A stretch of 64,000 nucleotides of DNA from Patescibacteria group bacterium (lineage in GTDB: Bacteria; Patescibacteriota; Patescibacteriia; Patescibacteriales; UBA12465). Position 1 is the stretch's first letter; each line of letters starts with the position of its first letter. This document shows, one piece after another, positions 26,886-35,983 of the stretch. The position numbers were made by a program, and so were the translations under genes. The notes below the pieces were generated by a model, which had not been told where the DNA came from, did no database searches, and was given only the letters and a program-made list of their open reading frames with translations. The stretch covers positions 509,644 to 573,643 of the forward strand of contig JBMNFV010000001.1 of the NCBI GenBank assembly GCA_050949505.1, given 5' to 3'.

Positions 26886-28166
26886 TTATTTAAGCTTAGG
26901 TTTAATTTCCTGTAAACCACCGACCAGGTATTTTTGTAAAATTGACGGAATCTTTATAGAGCCATCTGCTTGCTGATTATTTTCCATAATGGCAATTAGG
27001 CATCTAGTAATTGCTATGGCGGTTCCGTTAAGCGTATTTACTAAGTGCTTATTCCCCGCCTCATCTTGATATTTAATATTTAACGCTCGGGCCTGATAGT
27101 CGCCACAATCAGAGGTAGAGGTCACCTCCGCCCAATCACCCTGACTACCATCGGCAGCCGGCTTACCTGGCAACCAAGCTTCTAGATCAAAGGTTCGTCT
27201 AGCTGGTGTTCCTAAGTCAGCGGTACAGTGGTCCACCACCCGAAAAGGAATCTCTAAACCTTGAAAGATTTCCTTCTCTATTGCCAACAATTCCTGATGA
27301 GCTGACTCTGCCAATTCAGGTTTAACATATTGAAACATCTCTACTTTAGTAAACTGATGAACTCTAAAGATTCCCTTGGCAAACTTAGAGTATGAACCCG
27401 CTTCCGTTCTAAAGCAGTGAGACACCGCTGCATACCTCTTGGGCAGCTCACTAGCTAGCAAGACCTCATTTTGGTGATAGCCCCCTAGGGTGATCTCAGC
27501 GGTCCCTATCAAGCTCAGGTCTGAGTTCTCTAGATTATAAACTTGAGTAGACTCACCACGGGGATTAAAGCCTAAGCCCTCTAGGACTTCTCGCTTAGCT
27601 AAGTCTGGGGTTGTAAAGATAGTAAAACCTTTTTGCACTAAAATATCTAAAGCGTATTGAATCAAGGCAAACTCTAGTAGGGCTAATTCATTTTTTAAAT
27701 AATAAAACTTGGCCCCCGTCACTTTAGCGGCTCGCTCTAAGTCAATTAAATCTAATTCTTGCCCTAACTCTACATGGTCTTTAGGGGGAAAAGAAAACTT
27801 AGTTGGTTCTCCACTAATCTCTAGCACCGGGTTATCAGTTTCATCAGCACTAACCTTAACCTCTGGATGAGTTAAATTAGGGATAGTGATCATTATTTTT
27901 CTAAATTCTACTTGCTTATCTGCTAGGCTCACCTCTTCTTTTTTAAGCGCTTCGCCTAATTGCTTCATAGCCGTTATTATCTCAGCACTAGGTTTAGTCT
28001 TAGAAAAAGAATTGCGCTCCGCTCGCTTTTGGTCTATCCCTGCTTTAAGTTCCCGTATCTCCTCATCTAGTTGTAGCAGCCTATCTACATCTACCTCCAC
28101 TAGACGTTGGCGATTATTAGTTTTAATTAATTCCGGGTTTTCTCTAATTGTTTTTATATCTAACAT
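26886..28166 (-). CDS. serS: serine--tRNA ligase
   Basis: MLDIKTIRENPELIK..., an N-terminal coiled-coil arm and a class II core (FRVHQFTKVE, GTAIAITR). Confidence 0.93.
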   Translation of the reverse strand: MLDIKTIRENPELIKTNNRQRLVEVDVDRLLQLDEEIRELKAGIDQKRAERNSFSKTKPSAEIITAMKQLGEALKKEEVSLADKQVEFRKIMITIPNLTHPEVKVSADETDNPVLEISGEPTKFSFPPKDHVELGQELDLIDLERAAKVTGAKFYYLKNELALLEFALIQYALDILVQKGFTIFTTPDLAKREVLEGLGFNPRGESTQVYNLENSDLSLIGTAEITLGGYHQNEVLLASELPKRYAAVSHCFRTEAGSYSKFAKGIFRVHQFTKVEMFQYVKPELAESAHQELLAIEKEIFQGLEIPFRVVDHCTADLGTPARRTFDLEAWLPGKPAADGSQGDWAEVTSTSDCGDYQARALNIKYQDEAGNKHLVNTLNGTAIAITRCLIAIMENNQQADGSIKIPSILQKYLVGGLQEIKPKLK

Positions 28167-28171
28167 ATAAT

Positions 28172-29809
28172 TTATGAAGCGACTTCTCCACCAAAAGTCT
28201 TTAAAATATTATTAACTAAAGAATCAGTCACTGGCGAGTCAGCTACTGGCTCCTCCTCACTGACCTCTATCTTCTCCTCGGTCACTGACTTATTATTAGC
28301 TAGCTCTAAGTTCTCATTAACCGCTGGCTTAAAATCTAGCTGGCCAGCAAAAACCTCTTTAAGGGTAGCTAGAACCATCTCTCTAATAGCTGGGTCATTA
28401 ATGCGGTCATAGTGAAATTTATATTTAAAAGTTAAGTCTAGACAACCATCTTTCACTGCCCCTGGGGAACAATTTTGTAAAATAAAGGACAAGGAATGAT
28501 TATGCTTTTTTATTTTCACTAAAACCTCTGGCCACTTATCACTCACCTTGGCCTGACTTAAGCTATCTACTTTAGCTAAAGACTGCTTTTGACTAGCGGA
28601 ACTAAGTTCTTCCCTCTTATTAACTGGCTCTTTAGTGGCTGTTAACTGACTGGGTTCTTTACTAACTATTTGCTCAGTAGCCCTTGGTCTTGACAGGTCA
28701 AGTTCTTTACTTGAAGCTAAGTCTTGGCTTAAATTAATAATTGCTAGCTCAAAAGGTAATTGGGGAATGGCAGTATTTGGTCGCTCTAAAACTGTCAAAA
28801 AACTCTCTAAATACTGCACTATTTTTTCCCAACTCAGCTGGTCCACTAAAGCACTAATTTTAATTTCTAAAGACTCACCTAAATCCAATCCCAACTTATT
28901 GGCTAAACCTGGGCTAACTTTATCTAACATTATTTTTCTGAGCAGATAAATTAATTCATTATTAAACACTGACAAATTCACTCCTGCATCTACCAGCCTA
29001 TTTATCAAGGCAATCGCTTGGTCAGCATTTTTTTTGGCCAGTAAGTCAAGCAATTCTAAAGCCTCATGATTATTATGGTGAGGAATTATTAATTCCGCTT
29101 GCTCTAGACTAATCTTTTTATCCCCTAAAGCTAACACTTGTCCTAAGAGGCTTTCCGCATCACGTAAGTGGCCTGAAGATTTTCTGGCAATTGTTTCTAA
29201 CACTTCTTGGTCAACGGCTACCTGCTCGGTGGTGGTGATAAATTGAAGTTTTTTTACCACCTCCGCAATGCTAATTCTTTTAAAGTCAAAGCGTTCGCAA
29301 CGAGAAATGATTGTGCTAGGCACCTTTTGAATTTCTGTGGTACATAAAATGAAGATCACATAAGCTGGTGGCTCTTCAATGATTTTTAGTAAAGCGTTAA
29401 AGGCCGGTAAGGACAACATGTGGACCTCATCAATGATAAATACCTTATACCGAGAATTACTAGGACTAAGTCGGGAAAAGTTAATAATATTCTCCCGCAC
29501 ATTATCCACTCCAGTATTAGAGGCGGCGTCTATTTCCACTACATCCAGATTCTTACCTAAGTTGATATTTAGACAATTATCACACTCATTGCAAGGCTCA
29601 AACTCACCTGGCTGCCGCTTAAGACAATTAACTGACTTGGCCACCACTCGGGCTAAGGTGGTCTTCCCCACTGCTCGGGGTCCACAGAAAAGCAAAGCCT
29701 GAGCTATTTTATCAGCCTTAATTTCATTTTGTAAAGTTATTTTAATATGATTTTGCCCCAAGACTTCAGCAAAATTTTTGGGACGATAATCGCGATACAA
29801 GGTAGCCAT
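28172..29809 (-). CDS. dnaX: DNA polymerase III subunit gamma/tau
   Basis: LYRDYRPKNFAEVLGQNHI, Walker A GPRAVGKTT, FIIDEVHML, and a zinc module CNECDNC. Confidence 0.92.
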   Translation of the reverse strand: MATLYRDYRPKNFAEVLGQNHIKITLQNEIKADKIAQALLFCGPRAVGKTTLARVVAKSVNCLKRQPGEFEPCNECDNCLNINLGKNLDVVEIDAASNTGVDNVRENIINFSRLSPSNSRYKVFIIDEVHMLSLPAFNALLKIIEEPPAYVIFILCTTEIQKVPSTIISRCERFDFKRISIAEVVKKLQFITTTEQVAVDQEVLETIARKSSGHLRDAESLLGQVLALGDKKISLEQAELIIPHHNNHEALELLDLLAKKNADQAIALINRLVDAGVNLSVFNNELIYLLRKIMLDKVSPGLANKLGLDLGESLEIKISALVDQLSWEKIVQYLESFLTVLERPNTAIPQLPFELAIINLSQDLASSKELDLSRPRATEQIVSKEPSQLTATKEPVNKREELSSASQKQSLAKVDSLSQAKVSDKWPEVLVKIKKHNHSLSFILQNCSPGAVKDGCLDLTFKYKFHYDRINDPAIREMVLATLKEVFAGQLDFKPAVNENLELANNKSVTEEKIEVSEEEPVADSPVTDSLVNNILKTFGGEVAS

Positions 29810-29813
29810 AGGA

Positions 29814-32309
29814 TTATTTTTTTAATTGTTTGTTAGCCTCTTTAGCTCGTTGACTAATATCTGCTTCTACTAACTGCCGACTTTGCCCATACTTCAAGCG
29901 GCTAAGGGTTCTTATCTTCTCTCTAATTCCCTCTCGTTTCACCCCCAGAAGCGGCCAAGTGGTGTTTAGGGAAAAGGGCCGCAAGGAAGTATTATCTACC
30001 AACAACTTAACATTAGCCACAAACTTATCAACATTAATTAGGTCAAATTGATTGAAGACTGGAGAAAACTCTTTAACCAAAAATTCAGCATCCTCTGAGC
30101 CCACTTTAAAGCTAATCATGGTTCCCACATTACCAAAGACCGCATCCTTAATGGCTGTATCATTGTTTTTAGAAAGCTGTCCAATATATTGATGGGCAAT
30201 GATTAGATTCAGGGCATATTTTCTTGCTTCTGATAATATTTGACAAATGGAATTAGTGGTAAAGTTTTGAAACTCATCAATGTATAGGTAAAAATCTTTA
30301 CGCTTATCTGGATCCATGTCCGTCCTTGATAAAGCGGCTATCAAAATCTTTCCCACCAAAATCATTCCTAGCAAATTAGCATTGGTTTCACCAATAGTTC
30401 CTTTGGGGAGGTCCACTAACAAGATTTTTTGCTGGTCCATTAGTTCTCGGATATTGAAGGCGCTTTTTTGCTGACCAATAATCGGACGCATCATATCATT
30501 GGAGATAAAGGGGGTAAGCTTAGAGGTGATATAAGGAACTATATTAGCTAAAGCAGCTTCTCCTCCCGCCTTCTCGGCCTCCTTGTGCCAGAAGTCCACT
30601 ACTGTCTGATTGCTGCAGCGACTTAACTTATAGCGTCTAAAATCCTCATCAGCTAGCACCTTAGGAATCTCCATCAAGGTCGCCCCTGACTCGGGGTCAT
30701 CCATAACTAACAACATAGCATTTCTCATGTATTGCTCAAACATCGGTCCACCAGTGGCCTTGAGGTCATATAGCTTATCTAAAATACTAATCATTTCGTT
30801 AATCACAAAAGACCTTTGCTCTGGATAATTTTCATCGTATTCTAGTAAATTTAATGCGAGCGGACGCTCTAAGTCTCCCGGAGAAAAAATGATTACATCC
30901 TCAGCTCGCTCAGGAGGAATTCTATCTAAGACGTCTTGGATTAAGTCTCCATTAGGATCAAAGACACAAACCCCTTCCCCGGCCTGCACGTCTTGAATGA
31001 TCATATTAGCTAGCAAGACCGACTTTCCTACTCCTGACTTACCGACTATGTAAGTATGTCGCCGCCTATCAGCTCGCTTGATTCTAATCTCTTTTTTCAC
31101 TCCCCGATAAATATTATTCCCCAAAGAGATTCCCTCGCTAGGCACCTCACTTGGAGCCGGAGCTGACTTAGAGGCTAGCCATAAAATATTAGGAGTCTCG
31201 GTAGACTTCAGGGGAAAATGAAAAATACTAGCTAGCTCCTCACTGTTTAACAAAAAACTTTGCTTCTCCTGAAACCGTCGGTAGATAAAGTCGGAAATTA
31301 AGCGATTGCTCCGTCCCCGACGAGCCCGAGAAAAATTATTGCCATAAGTATAATTATTGTACTCAGCAAAGTGTGAGGCAATGTTTTCTAAATACCGATT
31401 AGAATTTTCTATTGATTGAGTGTTAACGATAATTCGCAAATTAACATCCAGGCCGGTTTTAAGGTTCTTCTCTTCAATCGCCTTTACCATCTCGCTCTCT
31501 ACCGCTGACAATTGCTTAGGTTCTTCTAGGTTAGGCTTATCGGTTTTTTTAGGGGGGTTAATAATTTTAAATATTTTATCAAAGCGACGAAAAGGATTAT
31601 TGCTTTTTAACCCAGCTGATACTGAGCCACTTTTGTTAATCGCCCTAACCACCTCTTGTGACTTCTTGTGCCAACTGGCTCGGGCACTTCTAACTAAATA
31701 CTGAAGAGCAATACTTTCATCTTTATCTAGCTTAGACAAGGAGTTAATGAGTGAGTTAAGGGGGTCAACCTCCATTTTTTGATAAGTTTTAAGCGGAAAG
31801 AATGATTGCTTTTTAGTCTTAAGAAAAGCGGCCGCTGTGCAGCTTTGAGGACTAAAGATATTATAGTCTTCAATAGGCTCTATTACTGCCTCTGGGTAAT
31901 AGGCTTGAATTTGTTGCTCTAAATAACGAACGTGGTGTTTAGTGGCAGTCACATAAAAAGCAATACGCTGTTGATTGGCTACTATTTCAAAGGAAAAGAT
32001 GTCTCGCCGACCAAATAACCAAGCCTTAAAGCCCTTCTCAGCTCTTAGTCCGCCAATGGCCGAGAAAACAGTTTCTCCACGAGCAATCTCCTCTTTAATT
32101 TCTGCCAAAGAAAAGCCTTTTTGAGCATCCTCTGGCTTTTCTTTAGGTAATTTAACTAAAAATACTTGATGGTCAGAATAGCTTTTTCCCGAAAGAACCC
32201 TTCTTAAGATATTTAAAATTAAGACTAATAAACTGGCAACTAAAAATAACAATAGGACTAAGCCAATGATATTGGGAACTAAAGATAGATAACTATTAGT
32301 CATTTCCAT
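29814..32309 (-). CDS. membrane-anchored VirD4/TraD/TrwB-like P-loop NTPase with large lineage-specific N-terminal domain
   Basis: N-terminal TM. Walker A YIVGKSGVGKS (aa 420-430, nt ~31020-31050) and Walker B FYLYIDEFQNF. The N-domain (aa ~45-375) is homologous to the ORF at 60890-62311. Confidence 0.8.
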   Translation of the reverse strand: MEMTNSYLSLVPNIIGLVLLLFLVASLLVLILNILRRVLSGKSYSDHQVFLVKLPKEKPEDAQKGFSLAEIKEEIARGETVFSAIGGLRAEKGFKAWLFGRRDIFSFEIVANQQRIAFYVTATKHHVRYLEQQIQAYYPEAVIEPIEDYNIFSPQSCTAAAFLKTKKQSFFPLKTYQKMEVDPLNSLINSLSKLDKDESIALQYLVRSARASWHKKSQEVVRAINKSGSVSAGLKSNNPFRRFDKIFKIINPPKKTDKPNLEEPKQLSAVESEMVKAIEEKNLKTGLDVNLRIIVNTQSIENSNRYLENIASHFAEYNNYTYGNNFSRARRGRSNRLISDFIYRRFQEKQSFLLNSEELASIFHFPLKSTETPNILWLASKSAPAPSEVPSEGISLGNNIYRGVKKEIRIKRADRRRHTYIVGKSGVGKSVLLANMIIQDVQAGEGVCVFDPNGDLIQDVLDRIPPERAEDVIIFSPGDLERPLALNLLEYDENYPEQRSFVINEMISILDKLYDLKATGGPMFEQYMRNAMLLVMDDPESGATLMEIPKVLADEDFRRYKLSRCSNQTVVDFWHKEAEKAGGEAALANIVPYITSKLTPFISNDMMRPIIGQQKSAFNIRELMDQQKILLVDLPKGTIGETNANLLGMILVGKILIAALSRTDMDPDKRKDFYLYIDEFQNFTTNSICQILSEARKYALNLIIAHQYIGQLSKNNDTAIKDAVFGNVGTMISFKVGSEDAEFLVKEFSPVFNQFDLINVDKFVANVKLLVDNTSLRPFSLNTTWPLLGVKREGIREKIRTLSRLKYGQSRQLVEADISQRAKEANKQLKK

Positions 32310-32312
32310 ATT

Positions 32313-32786
32313 TTAAAATCTATTCTTAATTTTAATTATTTTATCAGCCTTGATTTTTGCCTCCTGCTCTAAGAAAAATTTATTAACCCCCGGAATTAAT
32401 TTTAACCAATCTTTAATTAGCTTAACAATTTTATTAACCCGCACTTTAGTCTCTGATAATAACTGATTTATCTTCAGTACAGTTTTTTCTCCCTCAGCTT
32501 TAAACCTCTCTTGTTGCTTAGTCTCTAGTTGTAAAAAAATATTATGCAAACCATCCGCTAAAATATTATCTATCTCCTTAATGCGCTCGCTAAGACCTTC
32601 ATCCGCCGCAACTGGTGCTGGCCGAGGGGGAGCTAAGGGTTTAGTGGGACTAATCGGCTTAACTGCTTCACTGGGTTTTTCTAGAGCCGACTTCTCCCCT
32701 ATCTGCTCCTGACTAGGCTCAGTCTCTAAAGGAGTACCGACTTGCTCAGGAGATAGCTTAATTTTTTCTAAAGAGGACTCTGGCAT
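32313..32786 (-). CDS. hypothetical protein (Pro-rich N-terminus, coiled-coil C-terminus)
   Basis: 157-aa ORF, 3 nt upstream of the ATPase gene. No family recognised. Confidence 0.65.
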   Translation of the reverse strand: MPESSLEKIKLSPEQVGTPLETEPSQEQIGEKSALEKPSEAVKPISPTKPLAPPRPAPVAADEGLSERIKEIDNILADGLHNIFLQLETKQQERFKAEGEKTVLKINQLLSETKVRVNKIVKLIKDWLKLIPGVNKFFLEQEAKIKADKIIKIKNRF

Positions 32787-32828
32787 AGAATAATTTGGAT
32801 AATAATAAAAATAATTAGCCAGTCATCT

Positions 32829-32857
32829 ATTTTAGCTGTTTGCTAATTAACTGACAA
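32829..32857 (-). promoter_or_regulatory. sigma70-type promoter for the long minus-strand gene string starting at 32786
   Basis: Minus-strand TTGTCA (32857-32852), 17-nt spacer, TAAAAT (32834-32829). Confidence 0.5.
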
Positions 32858-32961
32858 AGTTTTATAAATTTCTTTTTATTTAACCTAAGAGTATTATAGC
32901 ATAATTTTAAAATAATAAAAGGCTAAAATTAGCCTGACAGCTTCCTAAATTCCCCTACTAG

Positions 32962-32990
32962 TTGACATTTTGATTGAAGTAAGTTAATAT
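32962..32990 (+). promoter_or_regulatory. sigma70-type promoter for rpmA
   Basis: TTGACA 32962-32967, 17-nt spacer, TAATAT 32985-32990. Confidence 0.55.
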
Positions 32991-33072
32991 TTCTTTAGTA
33001 ATAAAAATTAATTAAGTTAATTGTTATTAAATAGCTAAATTATCGTTTTTGGCTATTTAAATTTGTATAAAT

Positions 33073-33435
33073 ATGGCAACTAAGAAATCGGGTGGCTCAA
33101 CTTCTTTAGGCCGAGATTCACAAAGCAAGCGCCTAGGGCTTAAGAAAACTGATGGCGAGTGGACTAAGTCTGGGTCTATTATTATCAGACAGCGAGGGAC
33201 TAAATATCATCCTGGCCTTAATGTTGGCATTGGTAAAGATGACACCTTATTTGCCCTAGAGTCCGGCTTCGTCAAGTTCACTACTCGGAAATTGAGAAAG
33301 TTTGATAACTCCCTGAAGTCTACTAAAATTGTGAATGTTATTCCTCTGACCAAGGAAAAGCAGGCTGAGTTAGATAAAATTAGCCAAGCCAAGCAGGCTC
33401 GTAGTCAGGTCAAGTCAACAACTCCGGTTAAATAA
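33073..33435 (+). CDS. rpmA: 50S ribosomal protein L27 (with ~30-aa C-terminal extension)
   Basis: [25 protein letters not shown]...[26 protein letters not shown]. No rplU upstream. Confidence 0.92.
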   Translation: MATKKSGGSTSLGRDSQSKRLGLKKTDGEWTKSGSIIIRQRGTKYHPGLNVGIGKDDTLFALESGFVKFTTRKLRKFDNSLKSTKIVNVIPLTKEKQAELDKISQAKQARSQVKSTTPVK

Positions 33436-33463
33436 ATTATAACTTTAACTAGTTGGTAATTAT

Positions 33464-33494
33464 AAAAAAAAGCGAACCTTGGTTCGCTTTTTTG
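33464..33494. terminator. bidirectional intrinsic terminator
   Basis: A7 - agcgaac / gttcgct - T6, between convergent rpmA and ctpA. Confidence 0.75.
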
Positions 33495-33513
33495 CTACTC
33501 TAAAATTAAATTA

Positions 33514-34746
33514 TTACTTTCTAGCCTTAATTATCTCCTTAAGAGTCTTAATTGCCTGATCAAGCTGCGGATCTCGGTCATTGTTAAAGTCATCTATTGT
33601 TAACCCCACCTCTATATCTGGACTGATACCTTTGTCGTTAATAAAGTCTCCTGCAGGTGTGAGCCACTTAGCAACGGTAATCTTTAAAGAAGAGCCATCA
33701 CTGAGGCCTTGAATGGACTGAACCGAGCCTTTGCCAAAGGTCTGCTCTCCGACCAAGGTGGCTTTTTTGTAATCTCGCAAAGCACCAGCAACAATCTCTG
33801 AAGCCGAGGCACTGCCACCATTAAGGAGCACTACTGTAGGTATTTCTGCTAAGCGAGCTACCCCTCGGGCAAAATATTCCTCTCGCTTGTTATCAGCAAA
33901 CTGCTCAGCCACTATCGGTCCTGAACTTATCCAAGCAGAGGCAATATCAATTGAGGTATCTAAATATCCTCCGGGATTATTACGCAGGTCTAAGATGATG
34001 CCTTTAGCTCCTGCCGCTAAAAGCTCATCAGTTGCTCGGTTAAAGAGTTTAAGGGTGTCATCATTAAAATTACTAATTCTAACCACCGCTAAGCCATCTG
34101 CTCGCAGCTCTGTCTTAACTGACTTAACTACAATTACCCCTCTCTCTATTTCTATCTCCTTGGTCTCCCCTGTCCCTCTAATAATCGTTAAGGTGACTAT
34201 GGTCCCTTTTGGCCCCTTAATTCTTTTGACCGCTTCATCTAGGGTGAGTCCAATAGTGGGCTCGCCATCAATGGCATAGATACGATCGCCGGCGAGAACA
34301 CCAGCTTGCTTAGCAGGCATATCGTCTAAGGGGGCAATCACGGTAATGATGTCATCCCGTAACCCTATTTCCGCACCAATTCCCTCAAAGACTCCCGTCA
34401 AGTCTTCTAACAAATCTTGAGTGTCAGCTGGGTCTAAAAAGACAGTATAGGGGTCGTCAACTGCTTGAGCGAGTCCCTTGAGCGAGCCATAAAACAATTC
34501 CTGATCCTTTATTTTATTCTTATCAACATGTCCGGTTTTTAAAGCATCCCAAACCTCAAAATACATGTTAGCCACAAAGCTATCTTGAGTATCCCCGCTC
34601 GCCCTAGAGTTCTCAGAATAGGCTAACAACTGTGCTGTTAGTGACCCTAACTTGCTCCCCTGCCCTATTTTAAAACCTAAATTAAAAGACAAAGGGACTG
34701 CTAATAATAAGGCAATGGCAATAATGATTTTCTTTGTTTTACTCAT
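33514..34746 (-). CDS. ctpA: S41 family C-terminal processing peptidase
   Basis: PDZ segment (MPAKQAGVLAGDRIYAIDGE) and catalytic region LLNGGSASASEI...FGKGSVQ. Confidence 0.88.
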   Translation of the reverse strand: MSKTKKIIIAIALLLAVPLSFNLGFKIGQGSKLGSLTAQLLAYSENSRASGDTQDSFVANMYFEVWDALKTGHVDKNKIKDQELFYGSLKGLAQAVDDPYTVFLDPADTQDLLEDLTGVFEGIGAEIGLRDDIITVIAPLDDMPAKQAGVLAGDRIYAIDGEPTIGLTLDEAVKRIKGPKGTIVTLTIIRGTGETKEIEIERGVIVVKSVKTELRADGLAVVRISNFNDDTLKLFNRATDELLAAGAKGIILDLRNNPGGYLDTSIDIASAWISSGPIVAEQFADNKREEYFARGVARLAEIPTVVLLNGGSASASEIVAGALRDYKKATLVGEQTFGKGSVQSIQGLSDGSSLKITVAKWLTPAGDFINDKGISPDIEVGLTIDDFNNDRDPQLDQAIKTLKEIIKARK

Positions 34747-34772
34747 ACTAATAATTAATTAACTTAAACTTT

Positions 34773-35300
34773 CTAGGCGCCCCCCTTGAGCAGGGATAAT
34801 ATTGGTGGCAAGAGAGGGAGAATTAGGTCAACTATTTTTAATAAAAATGGCACGACAACCGAATGAGCTAAGCGTTCGCTAACATTGATTAAATTACCCA
34901 AAATTGCGTAGTTAGTGGCAATAAAAATAATTAAGCCTAAAAATAAAGTTCCCTCAAAAAAGCCTAAGATTGCTCCAATGGCATTATTTATATATTTACT
35001 CCCTGGCACTATGGCTAATATTTTAAATATCTTTTCTAGTAGTCTAAATAAAGCCTGAATTAAATAGGTGGTGATAATAAAGACTACGATAAAGGTAATT
35101 AGTTTACCAAAAAATTCGTTAGCTGACCAGGCAAAGACCTCTTTAGCCCAATAGTAAATAGCGGCATGAAAATTACTAGACACATAAATGCTAATAAACA
35201 GGCCAAAGACTCGTCCCAGCAGTCTAAACATCCCCCGACGCAAACCATTAAAGGTAAAGCCTAATAATATAATTAATAAAACAATATCTAATAATGACAT
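34773..35300 (-). CDS. cvpA: CvpA family membrane protein
   Basis: MSLLDIVLLIILLGFTFNGLRRG... plus four hydrophobic segments. Confidence 0.75.
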   Translation of the reverse strand: MSLLDIVLLIILLGFTFNGLRRGMFRLLGRVFGLFISIYVSSNFHAAIYYWAKEVFAWSANEFFGKLITFIVVFIITTYLIQALFRLLEKIFKILAIVPGSKYINNAIGAILGFFEGTLFLGLIIFIATNYAILGNLINVSERLAHSVVVPFLLKIVDLILPLLPPILSLLKGGA

Positions 35301-35301
35301 A

Positions 35302-35979
35302 TTATTTTTTTATTAAAACTACAAATTCTCCTTTTAATTCCTCGGGAGAAGTTTGAAATTTAGTTAACACTTCTAAAACACTGCCTTGATAAACTGACTC
35401 ATGAATTTTAGTCAACTCACGCATCACCACTAACTGTAACTCCTTATTTAGGGATGAAAGCTCAGTTAATAATTTTAAAAACCGATGCTTAGACTCATAG
35501 ATAACCACTGAATGTTCACTAGCGATTATCTGCTTTAATAAAGACTGTCTTCCCTTTTTATGTGGCAGGAAGCCCAAGAACAAAAACTGATCAAAACCTG
35601 TTCCAGCGATTGCTAAAGAGGTGCTCAGGGCTGATGGCCCAGGAATACTTTCTATGGTTATCTCTAGGTCTGACTCCTTTCTTAACTGCTCTATCAAGCG
35701 ACTACCGGGGTCTGATATTCCGGGAGTGCCCGCGTCACTGACTAGGGCTAAATTCTTGCTCGCTTGAAGTAGTTCTTTAATCTTAGCTACCTTCATTTTT
35801 CCCGAGTGGTCATGATAAGAAAGAGTGGGTGTCTTTATTTGATAATGATTTAATAATTTTTGAGTAACTCTAGTGTCTTCCGCTAAAATGTAATCTGCTT
35901 CAGTTAAAGTTCGCTTAGCCCTAAAACTTAAATCTTCTAGATTACCAATTGGCGTGGCTACTATTCGTAAATAAGCCAT
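35302..35979 (-). CDS. rsmI: 16S rRNA (cytidine1402-2'-O)-methyltransferase
   Basis: MAYLRIVATPIGNLEDLSFRAKRTLTEADYILAEDTR. The ATG at 35979 is preferred; the track start at 36030 would overlap the upstream gene. Confidence 0.88.
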   Translation of the reverse strand: MAYLRIVATPIGNLEDLSFRAKRTLTEADYILAEDTRVTQKLLNHYQIKTPTLSYHDHSGKMKVAKIKELLQASKNLALVSDAGTPGISDPGSRLIEQLRKESDLEITIESIPGPSALSTSLAIAGTGFDQFLFLGFLPHKKGRQSLLKQIIASEHSVVIYESKHRFLKLLTELSSLNKELQLVVMRELTKIHESVYQGSVLEVLTKFQTSPEELKGEFVVLIKK

Positions 35980-35983
35980 AAAA

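Noticed and set aside
29038-29045. A8 run in dnaX (coding GCC AAA AAA AAT) considered as a Thermus-like transcriptional slippage site
   Set aside because: It lies at aa ~258-261 inside the conserved clamp-loader domains. Truncation there would not give a functional gamma-like product.
24882-34279. Plus-strand ORFs antisense to minus-strand genes (24882-25130, 27886-28170, 28767-28949, 29379-29702, 31420-31704, 33887-34279; also 33207-33392 minus, antisense to rpmA)
   Set aside because: Each is fully nested in a longer, motif-supported gene on the other strand and has a low-complexity translation. Treated as shadow ORFs.
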